The position numbers were made by a program, and so were the translations under genes. Below, in pieces: positions 28,037-37,897 of a stretch of DNA of 64,000 bases (position 1 is the stretch's first letter; every line of letters starts with the position of its first letter). Below the pieces are notes generated by a model, which had not been told where the DNA came from, did not search any database, and saw only the letters and a program-made list of their open reading frames with translations. Origin of the DNA: Gemmatimonas sp. (lineage in GTDB: Bacteria > Gemmatimonadota > Gemmatimonadetes > Gemmatimonadales > Gemmatimonadaceae); contig OZ257156.1 in assembly GCA_965279375.1 (NCBI GenBank), positions 4,096,001 through 4,160,000 of the forward strand. The letters are read 5' to 3'.

Positions 28037-29317
28037 TCAGGCCGCGACCGCGACCTCTGGCTCCGGTTCGCCAAGCACGCCTTCCCAACGCGCCATCACT
28101 GCCGTCGCGAGGCAATTGCCCAACAGATTCACCGACGTGCGCGCCATGTCCATGATCGCGTCGACGCCGAGGATGACAGCGATGCCTTCGAGCGGCAGGC
28201 CGAACTGCGCCAGTGCGCCCGAGAGAATCACCAGCGACGCACGCGGCACCGCGGCAACGCCCTTGGACGTCAGCATGAGCGTAAGCATCATGAGCAGCTG
28301 TTGACTGAGCGGCATGTCGATACCGGCCGCCTGCGCCACGAACACCGATGCGATGGCGAGATAGAGCGTGGAGCCGTCGAGGTTGAACGAGTAGCCCGTG
28401 GGCAACACGAACGACACGATGCGACGCGGCACGCCGAACTTCTCCATCGCCGTCATCGCCTGCGGGAACGCCGCCTCGCTCGACGCCGTGGTGAACGCGA
28501 TCAGCCACGGTTCACGCACCGATTTCCAGAACTTGGCGATCGGGATGCGCATGATCAGCGCGACCGGTACGAGGATGACCAGGACAAACACGATCAGCGA
28601 TACGTAGAGCGTGCCCACCAGCTTGGCGAGATTGAGCATCACGCCCAGCCCGCTCTTTCCGACCGTCACACCGATCGCCGCACCGATGCCGATGGGTGCG
28701 TAGGCCATCACGATACCGACGAACTTGAACATCACGTCGCTGAGCGACTGCAGCCAGTCGAGCATGATCTTCTTGGACGGTCCTTCGACGCGCGCGAGCG
28801 CGACGGCGAAGATGATCGCGAAGAAGACGATCTGCAGCACTTCATTGTTGGCTGCCGCTTCGAAGAAGCTCTGCGGCACCGTGTGCTCGAGCACCGACGC
28901 GAACGTCGGTGTCTTGGCTGCCAGCGCTTTGAACTCGTCGCTTCCGCCCGCAGACGACAGCTGCACGCCCACGCCCGGCTTCACCCAATTCACCGCGATC
29001 AAGCCGATCGCGAGGGCGGCCGTCGTCACGATTTCGAAATAGATGATCGATCGCAGTGCGAGCTTCCCGACTTTCTTCATGTCGTCGCCGTGGCCGGCAA
29101 TGCCGACCACGAGCGTGCTGAAGAGCAGTGGCACGATCAACGACTTGATCATGCGCAGGAAGATGTTCGCGAACGGCTTCAGATTGGCTGCGATGTCAGG
29201 TGCCTGCCATCCGATCAGGATGCCAACCACCATCGAAATCAGAATCCACTGCGAGAAGCCGATGCCGAGGAAGCCACGGCTCTTTGGCGCGGGCGAAGCA
29301 GCTGCAGAGTGTGCCAT
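28037..29317 (-). CDS. gltP: dicarboxylate/amino acid:cation symporter (GltP/DctA family)
   Basis: FLRMIK, AFTTASSE, LPTGYSFNLDG, TSKG.A.VPR, D..MDMARTSVN. Confidence 0.9.
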   Translation of the reverse strand: MAHSAAASPAPKSRGFLGIGFSQWILISMVVGILIGWQAPDIAANLKPFANIFLRMIKSLIVPLLFSTLVVGIAGHGDDMKKVGKLALRSIIYFEIVTTAALAIGLIAVNWVKPGVGVQLSSAGGSDEFKALAAKTPTFASVLEHTVPQSFFEAAANNEVLQIVFFAIIFAVALARVEGPSKKIMLDWLQSLSDVMFKFVGIVMAYAPIGIGAAIGVTVGKSGLGVMLNLAKLVGTLYVSLIVFVLVILVPVALIMRIPIAKFWKSVREPWLIAFTTASSEAAFPQAMTAMEKFGVPRRIVSFVLPTGYSFNLDGSTLYLAIASVFVAQAAGIDMPLSQQLLMMLTLMLTSKGVAAVPRASLVILSGALAQFGLPLEGIAVILGVDAIMDMARTSVNLLGNCLATAVMARWEGVLGEPEPEVAVAA

Positions 29318-29328
29318 TGCGTGGGGTG

Positions 29329-31512
29329 TCAGATGAACAGCGGAGCAAGCACGAGTGTGATCGTCGAGAGCAGCTTGATCAGCACGTGCAACGACGGGCC
29401 TGCGGTGTCCTTGAACGGATCGCCGACAGTATCACCAACAACGGCCGCCTTGTGCGCGTCAGACTTCTTGCCGCCGTAGACACCCGTCTCGATGTACTTC
29501 TTGGCGTTGTCCCACGCGCCGCCACCGTTGTTCAGGAAGCCGGCCATCAGAATGCCGACCACCGTCGCGATCATCAGGAAGCCGGCGACTGCTTCGGCGC
29601 CAAGATGTTCATCCGGCGCGGAGAGCGCCTTGAATACGAGGCCCACGCCAATCGGGAACGCGAGCACGAGGAAGCCAGGGAGCACCATCGCCTTGAGCGC
29701 GCCCACCGTCACGATGTCCACGCACGCCGCGTAGTCCGGCTCTTCGGTGCCCTTCATGATGCCCGGGCGCTCCTCGAACTGACGACGCACTTCGGCGATG
29801 ACGCTCTGCGCGGCCTTGGACACTGCGGTCATCGCGAGCGACGAGAACCAGAACACGAGCATGCCGCCGATCAGCGCGCTGACGAACACCTGCGGCTTGC
29901 TGAGATCGACATGCAGCGCCTGGCCCGTGTAGTTCTTCACTTCGTCGAGATACGCGGAGAACAGCAGGAACGCGGCGAGTGCCGCCGAACCGATCGCGTA
30001 GCCCTTGGTAAGCGCCTTGGTCGTGTTGCCAACCGCGTCGAGCTTGTCGGTCTTGTTGCGGATCTCTTCGGGCTGCTTGGACATTTCGACGATGCCGCCG
30101 GCGTTGTCCGTGATCGGACCAAACACGTCCATCGCCAGGATGTAGCCGGCCGTGCCGAGCATGCCCATGGTGGCCACGGCGGTACCAAACAGACCACCAG
30201 CCGCTTCGCCATCGATCATGATGCCGCTGGACCGGCCGAGCATGAAGCTGCCGACCAAGGCAATCGCGATCGTGAATACCGGCAACACCGTGGACTCCAT
30301 GCCGACCGACAAGCCCATGATGATGTTCGTGGCGGGACCGGTCTGCGACGCTTCCGCGATGCTGAGCACCGGGCGGTAGCGATATTCGGTGTAGTACTGC
30401 GTGATGAAGACGAACGCGATGGACGTCACGACGCCGATCATGGCGCAGCCGAAATAGTGGAGCCACGCGTTCGGAGCATCGGGCGTGACGAGCAGCCACT
30501 TGCAGGCAAAGAAGATCGCGACGCTGACGAGTGCGGCGGTGATGTAGTAGCCGCGGTTGAGCGCCTTCATCGGGTCCGCGTCTTCGGTCGTGCTCACGCT
30601 CATCACACCGACGATGGAGCAGACGAGGCCGAGCGAGCCGATCACGAGCGGGAAGAGAATGCCTGCGACGCCAAACGACTTGAACAGCAGCACGCCGAGG
30701 ATCATCGCGCCGATGTTTTCGGCAGCGGTGGATTCGAACAAGTCGGCACCGCGACCAGCGCAGTCACCCACGTTGTCGCCCACGAGGTCGGCGATCACAG
30801 CCGGGTTGCGCGGATCGTCTTCAGGGATGCCCGCTTCGACCTTACCCACGAGGTCCGCGCCGACGTCAGCCGCCTTGGTGTAGATACCGCCACCCAGCTG
30901 GGCGAAGAGCGCCACAAACGAAGCGCCGAAACCATAGCCGACGATCAGGAACGGAATCTTGGTCGCCCAGACCTGCGAATCCATTCCCGCGGGAATCATC
31001 GCTGAGATCAGCGCGAACAAGCCACCAACGCCGAGCAACGACATCGACACGGTGAAGAGTCCCGATACAGCGCCGCCGCGCAATGCGGTCTGCAGCGCGG
31101 CGTTGAGCGAGGTCATTGCCGCAGCGGCAACCCGGATGTTCGTCCGAATGGAAACCCACATGCCACCGTAGCCCGCGATGCCCGACGACAGCGCACCGAG
31201 CAGGAACGAGAGCACGATGAAGAGCGCGAAGACCTTCGGGTCATCGACCGGATCGGTCGCGTTGTGCGAGCGAATCAATCCGTAACCGACACCGAGCACC
31301 ACCGCGACCAACACGGCGAGCATCGCGATCGTCTTGTTCTGTCGGGCGAGATAGGCCTCGGCGCCGACCTGAATGGCGTTGGAAATCTTTTGCATCGCGG
31401 GGGTGCCTGTACCTCGCGCCAGAACCCAGCGCGCAAGGAACACCGCGAAGATGAGAGCGAACACGCTCCCGCCGAGAATGATCGAGAGGAGCAGCGACTG
31501 AGACGCAATCAT
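29329..31512 (-). CDS. hppA: membrane-bound ion-translocating pyrophosphatase, K+-independent type
   Basis: GGIYTKAADVGADLVGKVE, EDDPRN, GDNVGD, GNTTKA, GDTVGDPFKD. Confidence 0.97.
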   Translation of the reverse strand: MIASQSLLLSIILGGSVFALIFAVFLARWVLARGTGTPAMQKISNAIQVGAEAYLARQNKTIAMLAVLVAVVLGVGYGLIRSHNATDPVDDPKVFALFIVLSFLLGALSSGIAGYGGMWVSIRTNIRVAAAAMTSLNAALQTALRGGAVSGLFTVSMSLLGVGGLFALISAMIPAGMDSQVWATKIPFLIVGYGFGASFVALFAQLGGGIYTKAADVGADLVGKVEAGIPEDDPRNPAVIADLVGDNVGDCAGRGADLFESTAAENIGAMILGVLLFKSFGVAGILFPLVIGSLGLVCSIVGVMSVSTTEDADPMKALNRGYYITAALVSVAIFFACKWLLVTPDAPNAWLHYFGCAMIGVVTSIAFVFITQYYTEYRYRPVLSIAEASQTGPATNIIMGLSVGMESTVLPVFTIAIALVGSFMLGRSSGIMIDGEAAGGLFGTAVATMGMLGTAGYILAMDVFGPITDNAGGIVEMSKQPEEIRNKTDKLDAVGNTTKALTKGYAIGSAALAAFLLFSAYLDEVKNYTGQALHVDLSKPQVFVSALIGGMLVFWFSSLAMTAVSKAAQSVIAEVRRQFEERPGIMKGTEEPDYAACVDIVTVGALKAMVLPGFLVLAFPIGVGLVFKALSAPDEHLGAEAVAGFLMIATVVGILMAGFLNNGGGAWDNAKKYIETGVYGGKKSDAHKAAVVGDTVGDPFKDTAGPSLHVLIKLLSTITLVLAPLFI

Positions 31513-31837
31513 GAGCTGGACACTCGCCAGGTGGAGATGACGAAAGGACCGCTATGGACGTCGGGGAGAACCGCGTGATGGTTCGCGCGGGGCTGAGCGG
31601 CGTCACCGTGGAAGGATGCTCCGGTCGACGCAGCGCAAATGCGAGCGAAACCGGGAGCGCGTTGCCATGCGGAGACGGGCCTCATGAGGCCTTTCCGTCA
31701 CAGAACGTCGGCAAGGTACAGGCGGGGGCACTACTCAGCCAGACCACAAACGACGGAACGTTCACGTCGCGACTCGGCCCGTGGCCTCGGGGATCCAGCA
31801 ATGGAATGCGCGCGAGCGAGCGGCGCGAGCCGACGAC

Positions 31838-32704
31838 CTACAGTGAGTAGGTAATCTCGGCCTTGGCCCGCACCGGGACGCCGGAGGCGTTCACCGCAGG
31901 GCGGAAACGAATGGCGGCAAGCGCGTCACGCAGCTTGCGATTGTAGGAGCCGTCCTTGGTCGGTGTGAACTGCAGGTCCACCACCTTTCCCGTTGAATCG
32001 ACATCGAAGATGACGACGACGGTACCACGCGCCTTGGACGGTACAGGAATGGGCGGAAGGAAGAGCTCCGTGGGCGCGGGCGGATAGACCGTGCCTGGTC
32101 CGCCGCCGGTTCCGGCGCCGACGCTGCTTCCCTTCCCTGTGCCGATCCCTGATCCGACGCCACCGCCGCTTCCAGGGCCAGAGCCAGCGCTGCCATCGGT
32201 GCCGGATCCACCGCCGGTGCCAGTCACCGCCGACTTCACGTCAGCGGCGTCAGCGCTGGTCGGCTTTGCAGGAGTGGGCGCGGGCGGTTGCGGCGTTGGC
32301 GGTGGAACGACCGGCGGCGGCACGATCGGCGGGATCACGGGCGGCTTGACCGGTGGCACCACCGGGGGCGTCACCGGGGTCGGCGTGGGCGCAATCTTCA
32401 CGAACTGCAGCCGTTCGGTCTTGGCGCCGCCAGTGCCCCGATTGCCACCGCCGCCACCGCCCGCCGGTCCAGGTCCACCGGCCCCCAGCACTTCGGACAA
32501 CAGTTCTGGCGACGTGAACGGAACGATCAAAAGAAAGATGACCAACAGGTGCAACAACACGGAGACGATCGCGCCGAGCGTGCGCCGGCTCCGCGAGACC
32601 GGAATGCCGATAGGCGGACGGTAGCGTGGCCGCTCACGACGCGGCGCTGGCGCTGGCGCATCGAGGCCGTCTGGCCCGCTGGAAATCGGTGGAACGTATC
32701 CCAT
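31838..32704 (-). CDS. TonB-like protein (TM anchor, Pro/Gly-rich linker, TonB_C-like end)
   Basis: SVLLH anchor motif, long Pro and Gly/Ser tracts, FDVDSTGKV ... RFRPA...G.PV. Confidence 0.8.
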   Translation of the reverse strand: MGYVPPISSGPDGLDAPAPAPRRERPRYRPPIGIPVSRSRRTLGAIVSVLLHLLVIFLLIVPFTSPELLSEVLGAGGPGPAGGGGGGNRGTGGAKTERLQFVKIAPTPTPVTPPVVPPVKPPVIPPIVPPPVVPPPTPQPPAPTPAKPTSADAADVKSAVTGTGGGSGTDGSAGSGPGSGGGVGSGIGTGKGSSVGAGTGGGPGTVYPPAPTELFLPPIPVPSKARGTVVVIFDVDSTGKVVDLQFTPTKDGSYNRKLRDALAAIRFRPAVNASGVPVRAKAEITYSL

Positions 32705-32785
32705 GCGCTGAATGAGAAGCGTGAGAGAACGTGAAGAGGTCCTGCGAGAATGAACACGCGAAGGGCGCCGCGCCCTAAACGTACT

Positions 32786-32818
32786 ACGGCGGACGATCCC
32801 GATGGGTTCGTCCGCCGT
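32786..32818. terminator. strong hairpin between exbD and the second tonB (terminator, attenuator or stabiliser)
   Basis: ACGGCGGACGA-TCCC-GAT-GGG-T-TCGTCCGCCGT; no clear U-tract on the minus strand. Confidence 0.45.
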
Positions 32819-32878
32819 TCTGCGCAGCGAGCCGGGTGTTGCTACCCGGCCCTATGCGAAAGGGTCACGCAGCAGCGA

Positions 32879-33283
32879 TCACTTGGGCGGAACGCCGATG
32901 ACCTTGACGCCGGCGCCGCGCGCCTGGTCCATGCCCCAGATGACCGCGCTGTACTTCACCGTGGTGTCACCCTTCACGAAGATGACCTTTTCCGGCCGCG
33001 GATCGAAGATCGTCTTGAGGCGCGCGAAGAGCGCATCCTTTTCGACGGGTTCCTTGTTGATCGCGTACTTGTCGTCGGGGAGCACTTCGAGCACGATCTG
33101 GTCGGGCACGACATTGCTCGCCGGCTGCGGCGTCGGATCAGGCAACTGCGTGTCGATCGCCTTGCGGCTCATGGGGATGATCATCATGAAGATGACCAAC
33201 AACACCAGGAGCACGTCGATCATCGGCGTGACGTTCGGTTCGTTGTTGAGGTTGCTGCCTCCACCACCCGCTGACATGCCCAT
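32879..33283 (-). CDS. exbD: ExbD/TolR family protein
   Basis: NVTPMIDVLLVLLVIFM TM with conserved Asp; FVKGD...Y. Confidence 0.93.
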   Translation of the reverse strand: MGMSAGGGGSNLNNEPNVTPMIDVLLVLLVIFMMIIPMSRKAIDTQLPDPTPQPASNVVPDQIVLEVLPDDKYAINKEPVEKDALFARLKTIFDPRPEKVIFVKGDTTVKYSAVIWGMDQARGAGVKVIGVPPK

Positions 33284-33285
33284 GG

Positions 33286-33747
33286 CTAGTTCGTCCCCAC
33301 CTTGATCTTATCGCTCGCCACGAGCGACTCGGTCCCAGGCTTCTGTTCGGTGATGAGTGCTGCCACGCGGACGCCCGACTTCGAGAGGCGATCGAGGGCA
33401 TCGATGACCTTCACGTACTGGAGGTCCTTGTGGGCCTTTACGTACATGATGTAATCGTCGCGCGGCTGGTCGTAGATCTGCTTGACCAGCGTCTCGAGGT
33501 CTTCGTTGCGGACGGGCTTCTTGTTCAGGTAATACCGGCCCTGATCGTCGATGCCGAGCACCTGGTCGCCGTCTTCTTCCGGATGGGTCTTCATGTTCTG
33601 ACCTTCCGGCGGGACCGCCGTGAAGCCCGCGTTGATCTGCGGCACGACGATCATGAAGATGACGAGGAGCACGAGCATCACGTCGATCATGGGGGTGACG
33701 TTCGGATCGGCTTTTACACCGCCTCCACCGCTGACTGCCATACCCAT
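33286..33747 (-). CDS. exbD: ExbD/TolR family protein
   Basis: NVTPMIDVMLVLLVIFM; second paralog in tandem. Confidence 0.93.
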   Translation of the reverse strand: MGMAVSGGGGVKADPNVTPMIDVMLVLLVIFMIVVPQINAGFTAVPPEGQNMKTHPEEDGDQVLGIDDQGRYYLNKKPVRNEDLETLVKQIYDQPRDDYIMYVKAHKDLQYVKVIDALDRLSKSGVRVAALITEQKPGTESLVASDKIKVGTN

Positions 33748-33844
33748 ATCGCGACACTCCTTTCGTTACGTCGTCCGCGCGGCGCCCTTGACGAGCGCGC
33801 GCGTGACGACCGGTTCGTTCTGTCAGCTGCGAACAGCCAGCGAG

Positions 33845-34576
33845 TTACTGCGAGATGGCCTGACCGCCGGCCGTGTTGAACTCACGGGTGAAGCGCGAGC
33901 GACCGAATTCGCCGGAGACGCCCTTGATGAGATAGTCGATCATTTCCTTCGACGTGTACGTCATCTCGGCCGTCAGGTTGTCGATCTTCGTCTGGAAGTA
34001 GTTGAACGCCCACACGGCCGGGATGGCGACGCCGATACCGATGGCCGTCGTGATCAGGGCTTCGGCGACACCGCCGGCGATGGCGGAGATACCACCGGCG
34101 CCCGACGTGGCCATGCCGGTGAAGGAGTTAACGATGCCCATCGTGGTGCCGAGCAGACCGACGAACGGCGCTGTGGCGCCAACCGTCGCGAGCACGCCCG
34201 TGCCGCGCTTCATGTCAACGATCGTCATGAGCATCTCGCGCTCGACCGCACGCTCGGCCGAGTTGATGTCGGCAACCGTCACCGAGCCATCCTGGATGAG
34301 CGGACGAATTTCACCGAGCGCACCACCGAGCACGCGGGCCACATGCGACTTCTTGTAGCCTTCGGCCAGCTTGATGGCTTCGTTGAGGTTGTCCTCTTCG
34401 AGGAACTGCGAGAATTCCGGGGCGAACTTACGCGTCTCGGCCTGCGCCTTGCGCAGGTTCCACCACTTCGAGATGAGCACCGTGAACGAGAAGGCGGACA
34501 TGCCGAGCAGCGTGAAGACGATGCCCTTGGCAAACCAACCCATCGACGAATACAGCTCCATCAGCGACATGTTCAT
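33845..34576 (-). CDS. exbB: ExbB/TolQ/MotA proton channel
   Basis: LATVGATAPFVGLLGT..G, AGGVAEALITTA.G..VAIPA. Confidence 0.94.
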   Translation of the reverse strand: MNMSLMELYSSMGWFAKGIVFTLLGMSAFSFTVLISKWWNLRKAQAETRKFAPEFSQFLEEDNLNEAIKLAEGYKKSHVARVLGGALGEIRPLIQDGSVTVADINSAERAVEREMLMTIVDMKRGTGVLATVGATAPFVGLLGTTMGIVNSFTGMATSGAGGISAIAGGVAEALITTAIGIGVAIPAVWAFNYFQTKIDNLTAEMTYTSKEMIDYLIKGVSGEFGRSRFTREFNTAGGQAISQ

Positions 34577-34612
34577 GGTGCGGGTCTCCGTGCAACGAAA
34601 GGAAGAAGAGAA

Positions 34613-35329
34613 CTAGCGATTGAGCGAGAACTGGAACGGCTGCTGTACGAGCTGCTTCACCTTGCGACCACCCACTTCAGCGGGCAGGAACTTCATACGC
34701 TGCAGCGCATTCTTGACCGAGGTCGAGAAGAGGTCGTTGTCCGACTTGAGCACCTTGAAGGTGGCCATGTCCGCACGACCGGTCGTATCGACGACGAACT
34801 GCGCGAGGACCGTGCCCTCGATACCAGCAGAACGCAGCATGTCCGGGTACGCAGGACCCGTGGCGCCAGGCGCCATCACGACAGGCTTTTCTACTTGGAA
34901 ATCGAAGTACGGCTGGTCGCCCTGCGGTACAGGGCCCTTTCCACCTTCGACACCCTTCGACGTACCACCTGCCACACCCTTACCCGAGAAGTCCGCTTCG
35001 TCGGTGACCTTCTTTGAAAGGTCGATATCAGGGATGATGTTGGGGATTTCGATCGGCGCGGAAAGCACCTGGAACCCCTTCGGCGGTGGCGGTGCAGCCA
35101 CAGCGTCCGGTGGTGGGGGTGGCTTCTCCGGCTCGGGCGGCTTGGGTTCGTCCTTCTTCACCTCGACGAAGTCCACCTTCTCTTCCTTCGTCTTTTCGTT
35201 CTTCAAGCCGGCATTGGCCGTGACAACGACAAGCGCCGCCACGATACCCGCGTGAAAAACGACGGAAAAGAGTGACCCACCCAAGGTTTTCTGCTTCTTC
35301 GCCTTCGATTCAACCAGATTGTTAAACAT
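34613..35329 (-). CDS. tonB: energy transducer TonB
   Basis: SVVFH anchor, Pro-rich linker, YPDMLRSAGIEGTV..QFVVD..G, F.PA..GG..V. Confidence 0.93.
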   Translation of the reverse strand: MFNNLVESKAKKQKTLGGSLFSVVFHAGIVAALVVVTANAGLKNEKTKEEKVDFVEVKKDEPKPPEPEKPPPPPDAVAAPPPPKGFQVLSAPIEIPNIIPDIDLSKKVTDEADFSGKGVAGGTSKGVEGGKGPVPQGDQPYFDFQVEKPVVMAPGATGPAYPDMLRSAGIEGTVLAQFVVDTTGRADMATFKVLKSDNDLFSTSVKNALQRMKFLPAEVGGRKVKQLVQQPFQFSLNR

Positions 35330-35390
35330 CGGGCTCGTCCGGGTACGGGTCGCAGAGCCCGGGGATGCTCCCCGGGGACTGACTGCAGCG

Positions 35391-35418
35391 ATTCTACGCC
35401 CCAGAGATGATCCAGCAA
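35391..35418 (-). promoter_or_regulatory. putative sigma70 promoter of the tonB-exbB-exbD operon
   Basis: Minus strand TTGCTG (35418-35413), 16-bp spacer, TAGAAT (35396-35391). Confidence 0.45.
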
Positions 35419-35619
35419 TGGCGAAAAGATTAGCATTGGATTAATCCGAGGTTAGCATTCCCCTCATTGAGTCGATGGCGTTCGCGACATTCGCGCTCGA
35501 CTCACCCCGGCTTCGTTACACCACGCGAGACTGAGCCCGTCAACCGTACGTCGTACGGCGCGTGTTGCGCGTCACACCCCGCGGCCTCGACACCGACTCA
35601 TCGCGGCTTCAACGCCGCC

Positions 35620-36459
35620 TCACCGCCGCGCGCGCGTCCACAGCGCGATCACGCCGCAACTGCCACCCGCCTGATTGAACTGCGACGGGATCTCGCTGGC
35701 GCCGACATACACCTCTACCGCATCCAGCAGATCGACGCTCACCCCATCGATCACGCTCGGCGGTGCCGTCCGGCCGCCTCGTGCCGGCTGACCGATAGGC
35801 GGCGCTGGCGGTGCCCCGCGCTCGTCATCGAGTTGCACGCCGTCGAGATAGACCGACATGGGGCAGTCGCTCAATCCGCCCGCACGACGCGTGCGCGGCA
35901 CGAATCCGCTCCCCGACGCCACCAGGCGTACCGACGGCACTCGCCGCAACAGATCACTGGTCCGTCGCGGTGCCAGCGAATCGATCGACTGCCGATCGAA
36001 GATGTGCCCACGCGCATTCACTCGACGCCCCTCGAGCCCCGGCACGTCAGAGCGGCGCGCGGTGCGCACCACCTCGGGCAACCTCTGCGCACTCGCCACC
36101 AACTCCACCGGCAGCTCGAAGCGACCGCCCACGGTCAGCTCCACGCGTTCCTCGACCGGTGCGAATCCCAGCACCTCCACGCGGATCACGTACGCGCCCA
36201 ACGGCCTGTCCGCAAAGCGAACCCGCCCCTGCTCGTCGGTGCGCGCAAAACCCGACCGTGCTCCGTCTACCGACACGAGCACCCCCCGCAACGCGCGCGT
36301 GCCACGCGCGTCCACGGCGCGCACCACCACGGTCAAGGCCGCGACGCGCGTCGAATCGACGGCGCGTGCGTCCTGCGCACCAAGAACGGAACGCGCCGCA
36401 CCCGTCCAGAGGCTCATTGCGAGTCCCCGAACGAGTGCGGCCCGAGACCAGCACCACAT
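35620..36459 (-). CDS. carboxypeptidase-regulatory-like domain plus TonB plug-like domain protein, no beta-barrel
   Basis: Signal-like N-terminus, TDEQG.V.F..RP.G.Y.IRV..LGF, LPEV, SDLLRRVPSV, VYLDG, AVEVY.G, CGVIALWT then stop; start uncertain. Confidence 0.75.
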   Translation of the reverse strand: MWCWSRAALVRGLAMSLWTGAARSVLGAQDARAVDSTRVAALTVVVRAVDARGTRALRGVLVSVDGARSGFARTDEQGRVRFADRPLGAYVIRVEVLGFAPVEERVELTVGGRFELPVELVASAQRLPEVVRTARRSDVPGLEGRRVNARGHIFDRQSIDSLAPRRTSDLLRRVPSVRLVASGSGFVPRTRRAGGLSDCPMSVYLDGVQLDDERGAPPAPPIGQPARGGRTAPPSVIDGVSVDLLDAVEVYVGASEIPSQFNQAGGSCGVIALWTRARR

Positions 36460-36489
36460 CGCTGCCGTCCGTCGCGAACGCGTTACCGC

Positions 36490-37896
36490 CTACGGATTGC
36501 GGTCGGTGCACCCCTTGTACGCAGTGTTGTTGAACTCCGCGAACGACGGCGTGAGGTTGACGTCGTTGCCGTAGGTGCCGCCCTTGAAATACGCACCCGT
36601 CGGCCAGACGGCGTTGGCCGCACGGCTGTACTGACGCTGCAGACGACGCAGATCGCCCACGCGCGTGGCGTTGAGGTAGAACCAGAACGCGCGCTCACGG
36701 AACGTGAGATTGATGCGTGCGTCGGCCGAACCGGGATCGGTGAGCGGCGGCAGTACTTCCACCGCCGCGCCAATGCCACGCAGCGAGCGGACGGTCGCAT
36801 CGGCCCGCGGCTCGTTGAGCCGTGCCAGCCACGTCGCCACGTCGCCACGACGCAACGCCGCTTCCGCTTCGATCAGCCGCGCCGTCACGCCGCTCACGAG
36901 CGTGCTCGGCGCCGACCCGTTGGCGTAGCCAAGCACGGTGAACACCTGCGTCGATCCATCCTGCCCCAGCCGCGACGTGGTGGTGGTGTTCACGCGCGGA
37001 TCCCGCGCCGAGCGGAAGTCGAGCCCGTTGCCGCCTTCGCGATCCGACGGACCGAAGTTCGCCGTGTTGACCATCCAGTCGAAGACGGTGTTGACGAGCG
37101 TGGTCTGCGAGAACTCGACCGCGTACTGCCAGCTCGTTGGCACCGCAGCAGAACCCGCACCGTCACCGCCCGCCGCAACAGTCGCCGCGGCCGCATCGAA
37201 CTGGCCGAGGTTGAGCTGCGCTCGCGCCTTGGCGACGCGCGCGAGATAGCGGAAGTTCAGATCGGCCGTTGCTGTACCGAGCACCGTCAGCGCGCTATCC
37301 GCCTGCGCGATGGCCCGCTGATAGAGCTGTTGGTTGCTGACGAGCGTGGCAGCTTCGGGCGCCGCATCGTTGACCGTGGAGAGCGGCACGCCGTTGCAGA
37401 AGAGCTCACCGCCGATGTTCAGCGTGATCCCTTGCAACGCGTACAGCTGACCGATGTCGCGACTGCGCGTGGCGCTGGCCGGTACGTACTGGTTCAATGC
37501 ACGCACCGCGCGCACGGCCTGCGTGTAGCTATCGGAGAACTTGTTCCACGCTGCCGCCGGGAACGTGTTCTCGTTGAAGGCGCGCTGATCAATGTGATCG
37601 GCACCGGGGCGCGCGTTGATCAACTCGTCGCTGATCAAGCCGACGTAGATGTTCACGCCGACGTTGGTGGTGCCGCCGTAAAACGACGCGAAGTCGCGCA
37701 ATGCACCGGCACGAATCGCTGCCGCGCCGTTGGGGCTGGCCGCATCTTCCGGACGAATCTGGTCCGGCGTATCGACGCCCAGCAGCTGCTGCCGCTCGCA
37801 CGCCGTCGTCGTCGCCAGCAGCGTCGCGGCGGCGATCATGGCCACGCGTCGATTCGTTCGGCGGGGCATGCGCTGATCATGAGTCATGGCAGTCAT
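36490..37896 (-). CDS. SusD/RagB-family outer-membrane lipoprotein
   Basis: TTAC lipobox, ARA.LNLG, DPR, LIEAEA, LN..R, RER..W....R.GDLRR; directly after SusC. Confidence 0.88.
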   Translation of the reverse strand: MTAMTHDQRMPRRTNRRVAMIAAATLLATTTACERQQLLGVDTPDQIRPEDAASPNGAAAIRAGALRDFASFYGGTTNVGVNIYVGLISDELINARPGADHIDQRAFNENTFPAAAWNKFSDSYTQAVRAVRALNQYVPASATRSRDIGQLYALQGITLNIGGELFCNGVPLSTVNDAAPEAATLVSNQQLYQRAIAQADSALTVLGTATADLNFRYLARVAKARAQLNLGQFDAAAATVAAGGDGAGSAAVPTSWQYAVEFSQTTLVNTVFDWMVNTANFGPSDREGGNGLDFRSARDPRVNTTTTSRLGQDGSTQVFTVLGYANGSAPSTLVSGVTARLIEAEAALRRGDVATWLARLNEPRADATVRSLRGIGAAVEVLPPLTDPGSADARINLTFRERAFWFYLNATRVGDLRRLQRQYSRAANAVWPTGAYFKGGTYGNDVNLTPSFAEFNNTAYKGCTDRNP

Positions 37897-37897
37897 C

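Noticed and set aside
32090..32490. Repetitive Pro/Gly-coding DNA
   Set aside because: Low-complexity TonB linker, not a CRISPR array or tandem repeat element
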